This document shows, piece by piece, positions 33,658 to 40,107 of a stretch of 43,169 nt of DNA. Numbering within the stretch: the stretch's first letter is position 1; each line of letters begins with the position of its first letter. The translations under genes and the position numbers were made by a program. This stretch comes from an uncultured Candidatus Kuenenia sp. (GTDB lineage: Bacteria; Planctomycetota; Planctomycetia; Pirellulales; UBA1268), in NCBI GenBank assembly GCA_964477765.1, contig CAYZFV010000166.1, positions 1 to 43,169 on the forward strand, written 5' to 3'. The notes below the pieces were generated by a model. It was not told the DNA's origin and did no database searches. It saw only the letters and a list, made by a program, of their open reading frames with translations.

Positions 33658-35221
33658 ACGTACTGTCAGTTGATTTTGCGGACGAGTCTTGATCGACGGA
33701 GACGCAGACGGGGCCAGCGGGAATACCCTCGGCCCGCGTGAGGTTGAAGATGTGGTTGCGAACCCGACGGATCGCGCGAAGGCCGTACGTGAACAGGAAC
33801 TGCCAGTCGCGCTTGCGGAATGAGAGCAGGAACCGCATCTGCCGCAGCAGAAACCGTGGGTCGAAGGCGATGCCATACATCTCGCGGACGGCCTTGTAGT
33901 AGGCATCGTGCGAGATCGGCGTCTTCACGATCAGTTTGCTCATGTCGTGGTCGTCGTAGTCGGTGGTGAGCAACACGCCCCTCGCGAGGCACTCCTCGTG
34001 GTAGGGCGTGTAATCGAGCGGCGTACAGAGCGTCACCTGCAGGGTGCGGGCCAGACCGCGAAACATCAGGCTCTTCACGTAGGCCACCGTCTGGTCGAGC
34101 TGCTCCTGCGTCTGCCAGTAGTAGCCCACCATGATCGTGAGATGCGGATGCAGGCCATATTTCGTCATCCAGCCCAGGCACCGCTCCACGTGCTGCATCT
34201 GATAACCCTTGTTGAGCCGCACAAGCGTCTCATCGTCGGCCGCCTCCAGGCCGATGAGCACGAACCGGAAGTTCGCCTCCGCCAAGAGCCTGATCGTGTC
34301 TTCGTCGAGGTACTCGAATCGGGTGTTGAACCCGAAGTAGCAGCCCTTCTTGTGGAGCCCGCGGGCGATAATGCCCCGGGCGAATTCCTGGGCTTCCTTG
34401 CCGCGGTACCACACGCCCGAATCATCAAAGATCTCGCGCACGCCGTGCTTCGTGATGAGCCGCTCGTATTCATCGAGGCTCTTTTGGACGGGCAGGACGG
34501 AGAACGTGAGGTCGGGGCCGTTGTAGCGGCAAAACGTGCACTTGCCGAACATGCAGTCGCGGATCACGCTCGTCGCATACGTGCCCGGCGTCTGGAGAAA
34601 ATTGCCGTTTTCGTAGGCGTAGTTCTTCCACTGCACGAGGTCCCGATCAACCAGCGGGGATTTTTCGAGCGGCTCCACCTGCCGGAAATTACCGGTGTCG
34701 CGATAGCTGCCATCCGGGAGCCGGATTACGAGCCCCTCGGTCTGGATCGACTGCCGCCAGTCGGGGTGCGAAGCTATGAAGGGAATGATCTTCGAGAGCA
34801 CGAAGTCGACGTGGTTGCTCCTCAGGACGATGTCGGTGGTGCTCTCGTCGAGCGTCTCGGCCGGCCGGCGCATCGAGTGGTAGCCCGTCATGATGACGAT
34901 CGTCTCGGGCAGCCGCTGCTTCAGCTCCGCGATCGTGCGCCAGTAGAACTTCATCACCGGCGTCGTCGACTCGAAGACGACAACATTGGGCTTGGCGGCA
35001 ATCAAGTCGGTCAGCCATTCGTCATATGTCTTGAGTTGGGCATTGCCGTCGTCCCAGACGACGTCATGCCCGAGGTCGCGAAGCCACGTGGCCGCCTGGG
35101 CGTGGGTGACCGGCAGAAGATACGTGGGCGACTTGAAGTATTGGACGTTGCGGTTTTGCGACACCATCGCCTTCTGGCCGTGCTTGTTGACGATCGGCGG
35201 ATAGGAGATCGCGACTTTCAC
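33629..35221 (-). CDS. B12-binding-domain radical SAM enzyme
   Basis: N-terminal Rossmann-like B12 domain (VKVAISYPP..., LRDLGHDVVWDD, VVVFESTT, IVIMTGYH). The Fe-S cluster motif is DCMFGKCTFC. A GTG start at 35221 lies 8 nt after the upstream stop. The track ORF extends to 35458. Confidence 0.8.
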   Translation of the reverse strand: MKVAISYPPIVNKHGQKAMVSQNRNVQYFKSPTYLLPVTHAQAATWLRDLGHDVVWDDGNAQLKTYDEWLTDLIAAKPNVVVFESTTPVMKFYWRTIAELKQRLPETIVIMTGYHSMRRPAETLDESTTDIVLRSNHVDFVLSKIIPFIASHPDWRQSIQTEGLVIRLPDGSYRDTGNFRQVEPLEKSPLVDRDLVQWKNYAYENGNFLQTPGTYATSVIRDCMFGKCTFCRYNGPDLTFSVLPVQKSLDEYERLITKHGVREIFDDSGVWYRGKEAQEFARGIIARGLHKKGCYFGFNTRFEYLDEDTIRLLAEANFRFVLIGLEAADDETLVRLNKGYQMQHVERCLGWMTKYGLHPHLTIMVGYYWQTQEQLDQTVAYVKSLMFRGLARTLQVTLCTPLDYTPYHEECLARGVLLTTDYDDHDMSKLIVKTPISHDAYYKAVREMYGIAFDPRFLLRQMRFLLSFRKRDWQFLFTYGLRAIRRVRNHIFNLTRAEGIPAGPVCVSVDQDSSAKSTDSTFKQRKAFGK

Positions 35222-35229
35222 GGCGGCTC

Positions 35230-35880
35230 TCAGAAAAAGACTTCCGTGCAGATGTTGGTGCCCGACACGCCCTGCTCGCGGAGGATGTCGTAGACGTCGT
35301 TGATCATGTTGCGGTTGCCACAGAGGTAGTACATGGCGGAAGGCGGCTGGGGGTGGGCCTTCAGGTAGTCGGTCACCCGCCCGCCGAAATCCCCTCCTTG
35401 CTCCCGCGACACGCAGTGCACATAGCGGCCGGCGGCGTAGTCGACCCGATTGTAGCACTCGTTGGCGAAGGACGTGCCGTGAATGATCCGATAGCGGATT
35501 TCTGGATAGGACTTCACGAAGCAGTGGAATGGGGCGATACCCGTGCCGGTGGCGACAAACACGTAGTCTTTCCCGACGTCAGCGGGATTGGGGATCGTAA
35601 AGAGCCCGTAGGCACCATCGACCTCGACGAACTCTCCCGGCTCGAGCTGCCGGAGTTTTGCCGACACCTGACCCCCTTCCACCGACCGGATGAGAAACCG
35701 CAGATCGGGATCGCTCTCGGCTGAATAGGACGAATACTCGCGGTTGACCCCGGCATTGGGCAGGCCGATGTTCACGCACTGGCCCGCCTTGAATTCAAGA
35801 CCGTTCCGCTCGATGCGGATCGAAAACGTGTGGTCCGTGAGGTGCTCGACGGCCAAGACCTTGTGCAGGCTTTTATGCAT
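35230..35880 (-). CDS. Ferredoxin-NADP reductase-like FAD/NAD(P)-binding oxidoreductase
   Basis: NREYSSYS (RxYS FAD motif), FVATGTGIAPF (NAD(P) motif) and YLCGNRNM. The start is the ATG at 35880 (MHKSLHKV). Confidence 0.8.
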   Translation of the reverse strand: MHKSLHKVLAVEHLTDHTFSIRIERNGLEFKAGQCVNIGLPNAGVNREYSSYSAESDPDLRFLIRSVEGGQVSAKLRQLEPGEFVEVDGAYGLFTIPNPADVGKDYVFVATGTGIAPFHCFVKSYPEIRYRIIHGTSFANECYNRVDYAAGRYVHCVSREQGGDFGGRVTDYLKAHPQPPSAMYYLCGNRNMINDVYDILREQGVSGTNICTEVFF

Positions 35881-35903
35881 GGCGAGGGTGACGGCCGGGC
35901 GGG

Positions 35904-36941
35904 CTATCGCAGCGTGCTGCGGAAAGCGCGACGGGTGAAAAAGCCTTTCAGAAACGTGAATCCGTAGACCAGATGCGAGCAGTAGATCGTCAGGATCGTG
36001 AGGGACCCCAGAGCCGGGTTCGCCGTCCGGCTGAACACATCGACCGTCGCTATGCCGAAGTATACCAGCATCAACATGCCGTAGATCTTCCAGAAGATGG
36101 GCCACACAAAGCCTGCGACAACGAGCGCTACCGAACCAAGGAGGAAAAGGCTCGGCACGAAATAGGCGGGCCGGGCGGACGTCTCGGGGAGGATGAGGGC
36201 GAAGTGGCCGCGGTGGCGACCGTAGTTGCCGACCTGCCGCATATGGAGCGCCAGCCGCGGCCGCCGGTGGTGAAAGACGACTACGTCCGGGCTGTACCAG
36301 ATCGTGTAGCCGGCCTTGACGAGGTCAAGGCAGAGCTTCGTGTCTTCACCGGGCCAGTAGGCGTTGTCGAAGCCGCCCACGGCCAGGAAAGCCCGCTTGG
36401 AGACCAGAAAATTCACGGTGGGATAGTCGTCGACCGGAAACGCCTTCTTCGCCGGCCGGTAGCGATATTCCATGCCACCGCCGCCAATGAGCGTCTCGAA
36501 AAAGAGGCCCGACGCCTGCTCGAAGAGCGGACTGCCGGGGGGCGTGATGCCGGGGCCGCCGATTGCTGCGGCGCCGGTGTCGCGAAAGGCCTTCTCGGCC
36601 TGACGGAGCCAATCGGCCTGCGGATAGGCATCGTCGTCGAGGAAGGCGAGGCGGTCGAACCGTGCCCGCTCAGCGCCGAGATCGCGCTTGATCGCCGGGC
36701 TCACCGGGCCGGTGGGCGCGATGGCGACCCGCGGATCCTCCGTCCATGCAGGAAGATCTCCCTGCGGCGGATCGTTTGGCAGGATGATTACCTCGAACGC
36801 GTCGTAGTCGATCGCCAAGACGATCGGGATCGCCTCCCGCAAATAGGAGTTGATCGCCTTCACCGGTATGATCACGCTGAAGCCGCGGTCCGCCGGCAGC
36901 GGCTGCGGAGGGGCACTGTCGATGCCGATCGTTTCCATCAT
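35904..36941 (-). CDS. Glycosyltransferase family 2 with C-terminal TM helices
   Basis: FSVIIPVKAINSY, LAFLDDDAYP and a C-terminal hydrophobic region. The start is ATG 36941 or 36938; the track ORF starts at TTG 36953. Confidence 0.85.
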   Translation of the reverse strand: MMETIGIDSAPPQPLPADRGFSVIIPVKAINSYLREAIPIVLAIDYDAFEVIILPNDPPQGDLPAWTEDPRVAIAPTGPVSPAIKRDLGAERARFDRLAFLDDDAYPQADWLRQAEKAFRDTGAAAIGGPGITPPGSPLFEQASGLFFETLIGGGGMEYRYRPAKKAFPVDDYPTVNFLVSKRAFLAVGGFDNAYWPGEDTKLCLDLVKAGYTIWYSPDVVVFHHRRPRLALHMRQVGNYGRHRGHFALILPETSARPAYFVPSLFLLGSVALVVAGFVWPIFWKIYGMLMLVYFGIATVDVFSRTANPALGSLTILTIYCSHLVYGFTFLKGFFTRRAFRSTLR

Positions 36942-37746
36942 CGTCACAACCAAGAACGAGAGCAGGAATATCGTCGCGTGCCTGGAGAGCGTGCGACGGC
37001 AGACATTTTCAGACTACGAGATCATCGTCGTCGACAACGCCTCCACCGACGATACCAAGGATCTCGCCAGACGCTACACGGAGAAGGTTTTTGACCTCGG
37101 CCCGGAACGGAGCGCCCAGCGAAACTTCGGGGTGTCGCGGGCCACGGGCACCTACATTCTTTATCTCGATGCCGACATGATCCTTGAGCCGGACGTGGTG
37201 GCGGAATGCGTCGATATCTGCCGGAACAACCCCCGGGTCGCCGGCATCTACATCCCGGAGCAGATCGCGGGCACGGGGTTTTGGATCAAGGTGCGGGCGT
37301 TCGAACGCGGCTTTTACAACGGGACGGTGATCGATGCGGTGCGGTTCTTGCCGAAGCGGGTATTCGACCAAGTCGGCGGGTTTGACACCAGCATGTGCGG
37401 CCCAGAAGACTGGGACTTCGACAAGAAAATCCGCATGGCGGGCGATGTCGTCGTGGCCCGGTCGAAGGTGATGCACAATGAAGGCGCGTTCAGCCTGTCA
37501 CGGTACCTCGCCAAGAAGGCCTATTACGCCGGGAGTTTTGACGCGTATGTGCGCCGCTGGGGAGCCACTGACCCAGACGTGAGGAAACAGCTGGGGCCGT
37601 TCTACCGCTATGTCGGCGTGTTCGTGGAACGGGGCAAGTTCTGGCGGCTGCTGCGGCATCCGATCCTCGCGGCCGGCATGTATTGGCTGCGGCTGATGGT
37701 GGGCCTGCGGTATCTGCGGGTGAAGATGGCAAGCCATGCTCGTTGA
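36922..37746 (+). CDS. Glycosyltransferase family 2
   Basis: MPIVSIIVTTKNESRNI, VVDNASTDDT and YLDADM. Confidence 0.85.
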   Translation: MPIVSIIVTTKNESRNIVACLESVRRQTFSDYEIIVVDNASTDDTKDLARRYTEKVFDLGPERSAQRNFGVSRATGTYILYLDADMILEPDVVAECVDICRNNPRVAGIYIPEQIAGTGFWIKVRAFERGFYNGTVIDAVRFLPKRVFDQVGGFDTSMCGPEDWDFDKKIRMAGDVVVARSKVMHNEGAFSLSRYLAKKAYYAGSFDAYVRRWGATDPDVRKQLGPFYRYVGVFVERGKFWRLLRHPILAAGMYWLRLMVGLRYLRVKMASHAR

Positions 37747-38173
37747 TGGAGCGCCGGAAGCGAAACCGCTCGATCTCAAGGGAGACGTTTTTGCCAGAGT
37801 ATGCGTGGCCCGAAAAGCGCTCCTGTCGCTGCCCTGTGTCGTCCAAAGGATGACCACGTGGCGTGCGAATCTCCACTCTTCACAAGGCGCCAGCGGCGAA
37901 GTGCTCAACTGGCAGAAGGCAGTGCAGGAACGGCTCTTTCGCGGCGCGGAAATCGATCGGCAGCGGGAGGAGATTCGGCTCTTTGAGGCCAATGCGGCAC
38001 AGGCCGTCGATGAGATGAAGGCCAAGGGCTTCGCCGCGCTGTATGTGAATCGCAACGGCTATCCCGATGGCGCGAAGGGGCTGCGCGACGCGCTCGCAAA
38101 GCTCGGCTACACCGAAGTGATCGACAGCCCCGCCGGCGACCTGATGGCCGTTGTACTGCGAAAGGGCGGCTGA
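37736..38173 (+). pseudogene. C-terminal remnant of a paralog of the 621-aa membrane protein (26874-28739)
   Basis: GFAALYVNRNGYPDGAKGLRDALAKLGY...AGDLMAVVLRKGG aligns with GFSGLYVNRNGYPDGGKGIEETLKQLGY...MGDLVCFVLDKE. The entire TM region is absent and there is no signal peptide. Confidence 0.6.
38130..38173 (+). repeat. 44-bp direct repeat, left copy (3' end of the remnant gene)
   Basis: CCGCCGGCGACCTGATGGCCGTTGTACTGCGAAAGGGCGGCTGA matches 38810-38853 at 40/44 positions. Confidence 0.9.
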
Positions 38174-38185
38174 CCGGCATGTGGT

Positions 38186-38201
38186 GCAGGCTTTAGCCTG
38201 C
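38186..38201 (+). repeat. Family-1-like hairpin
   Basis: GCAGGC-TTTA-GCCTGC lies 13 nt after the stop at 38173. Confidence 0.6.
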
Positions 38202-38298
38202 GAGTATGGCCGCCTTTCCAAGCAAAACCTTGACACCTGGGTGTTCGCCCGTATACCCTAAATGCCTGAAGGCAAATCCAACGAAATCGAGGTGAGCG

Positions 38299-38529
38299 AT
38301 GGAAATCGAAAGTTTTATTGACACCTTGAACCCCGAGGAGCAGCAGGCAGCCTTTGATCTGCTTTGGCAACGCTTGGCCGCTGATTCGCGAAAATTGGAT
38401 TCTCCCGCTTGGCACGGAGAACTGCTTGCATACCGTGCAGCGAATCCTAGTGATCAGCCCAATATGTCTGTCGCCGAGGCGCGGAACGCAGTGAGACGGA
38501 TTGTCGATGAACGTAGAAGTTCGCCATGA
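38299..38529 (+). CDS. Addiction-module antitoxin (Unstab_antitox-like)
   Basis: MEIESFIDTLNPEEQQAAFDLLWQRLAAD...SPAWHGELLAYR. Confidence 0.65.
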   Translation: MEIESFIDTLNPEEQQAAFDLLWQRLAADSRKLDSPAWHGELLAYRAANPSDQPNMSVAEARNAVRRIVDERRSSP

Positions 38530-38824
38530 GGCACATTTGGATATCGCCGAAGGCGTTGCCTTCTACGACCAGCAAGGTTTCGGCGCTGGTGACTATTTTT
38601 ACCAACGGATCTTCGAGGACATTGAATCACTGGGTGAGACGGCTGGCATTCATGAAATCTATTTTGGTTACCATCGCAAAATCGCAAGTCGCCATCCTTT
38701 TCTGATTTACTACCGTTTGGTCACAACAGGTGTCGAAGTAGTCGCTGTCCTTGATGGACGGTCGCGGCCCTCCGATATCGACGCGTTGCTCCAACGCAGG
38801 CAGCCCACTCCGCCGGCGACCTGA
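38501..38824 (+). CDS. ParE/RelE-superfamily toxin
   Basis: VRHEAHLDIAEGVAFYD...RKIASRHPFLIYYRLVTTGVEVVAVLDGRSRP. The stop codon lies inside the right 44-bp repeat. Confidence 0.7.
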   Translation: MSMNVEVRHEAHLDIAEGVAFYDQQGFGAGDYFYQRIFEDIESLGETAGIHEIYFGYHRKIASRHPFLIYYRLVTTGVEVVAVLDGRSRPSDIDALLQRRQPTPPAT

Positions 38825-38853
38825 TGGCCGTGGTGCTGCGAAAGGGCGAGTGA
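38810..38853 (+). repeat. 44-bp direct repeat, right copy
   Basis: CCGCCGGCGACCTGATGGCCGTGGTGCTGCGAAAGGGCGAGTGA still reads PAGDLMAVVLRKGE-stop in frame. Confidence 0.9.
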
Positions 38854-38860
38854 TGCCCAG

Positions 38861-39005
38861 CAAGCCGCAGGGCGCGAGCCCGCGGGCCAACGCGCCACCC
38901 GACGCCGGCGCAGTCCACCGGGCTCGCGCCTCGGTGCTTGCTGGTGGAGGGCTCGCGCCCTGCGGTTGTTGGCGGGACGAGCCACCAGGCTTGCGCCCGG
39001 TGCTT
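38861..39005. repeat. Cluster of four REP-like hairpins (B+, A-, B- partial, A-)
   Basis: The units are at 38861-38888, 38913-38939, 38947-38965 and 38980-39005. Confidence 0.85.
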
Positions 39006-39147
39006 GTTGGCGGGGCGATTCCGGGGCTTGCCCGCAACGGCACCGTGCGGATCAACCGCCCGGCAGGGTGGACGGCATTTTGCTCGGCAGAGATGACCTG
39101 AGGACGAACGGCTGACATCTTGCTGCACGCAGAATACATATATATGC

Positions 39148-39387
39148 ATGAGGACGACGATTGACATCAACGATCGCCTGCTTGCCGCTGCCCGCCGCCG
39201 CGCCACCGAAGACGGCACCACGCTCACGGCGTTTATTGAGCACGCCCTTGCCGCGTGCCTGACCCGCCACCCAGCTTCCGCCAAGCCCTGTCGACTCGCC
39301 TGGAAGACCCACCGCGGCCGGACGCTACCCGGCGTGGATGTGGCTGACCGCGACCGTCTCTTCGAGCAGATGGAAGGGCGGTCGTGA
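39148..39387 (+). CDS. vapB: VapB-type antitoxin
   Basis: MRTTIDINDRLLAAARRRATEDGTTLTAFIEHAL. GTGA overlap with the PIN gene. Confidence 0.75.
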   Translation: MRTTIDINDRLLAAARRRATEDGTTLTAFIEHALAACLTRHPASAKPCRLAWKTHRGRTLPGVDVADRDRLFEQMEGRS

Positions 39388-39827
39388 TCGCCGTCGATAC
39401 CAACATCCTCATCTACGCCAATCGTGAAGAGTCGATTTCCCATGCCGCTGCGTTGAAGGCCTTGCGGTTCTTGGCCGAGCGTGATGAGGCTTGGGCGATC
39501 CCGGTTTTCTGTATCGATGAGTTTCTCCGGGTTGTCTCGCATGATCGCCTGTTCGATCCGCCGACGCCCGTCCTGCATGCGCTGGATTCGCTCGAGTCGC
39601 TGCTTTCCAGCCCGTCAGTGCGGCTCTTGATACCAGGCGACCACTACCTGCGGCTGCTGCGGACCCTGGCTGAGGAGTCGGGCGTGCGGGGCAATCTGAT
39701 TTTCGATGCCCAGATTGCTGCGGTCTGCCTCGAGCATGGAGCGACCATGCTGCTGACAGAAGATCGAGACTTCACGAGATTCCGGAACCTGAAGCCACTG
39801 TTGCTGCAAGAGTTTCACGACCGTTGA
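39384..39827 (+). CDS. vapC: PIN-domain ribonuclease toxin
   Basis: IAVDTNILIYA, FDAQIAAVC and LLTEDRDFTRF. GTG start. Confidence 0.85.
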   Translation: MIAVDTNILIYANREESISHAAALKALRFLAERDEAWAIPVFCIDEFLRVVSHDRLFDPPTPVLHALDSLESLLSSPSVRLLIPGDHYLRLLRTLAEESGVRGNLIFDAQIAAVCLEHGATMLLTEDRDFTRFRNLKPLLLQEFHDR

Positions 39828-39852
39828 CGGACCGCCTACGGGCCCGCTTCAG

Positions 39853-39905
39853 CAAGCCGAAGGACGCGAGCCTCCCCGGCAAGCCGCAGGGCGCAAGCCC
39901 GCGGG
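39853..39905 (+). repeat. REP family B: one degenerate plus one good unit
   Basis: CAAGCCGAAGGACGCGAGCCTCCCCGG is the degenerate unit. AAGCCGCAGGGCGCAAGCCCGCGGG (39881-39905) is the good one. Confidence 0.75.
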
Positions 39906-40107
39906 ACGACCCACCAGCCGGCCATCTATGCGACGCCAGCGGCAGACTCGTGAAGGGGCAACGGATCGTGGCCGAGCCGACGGGGACGCGGGCTTGACGA
40001 GAATGGTGTTCATAAGTCCACATTTGGGGATCGTCCTGGTTGGTTTCGAGCGTGACAGAGAGGCGGCCCTGTCCTACACTCATCTCCCCACGCGAGGGGA
40101 TTTTCTG

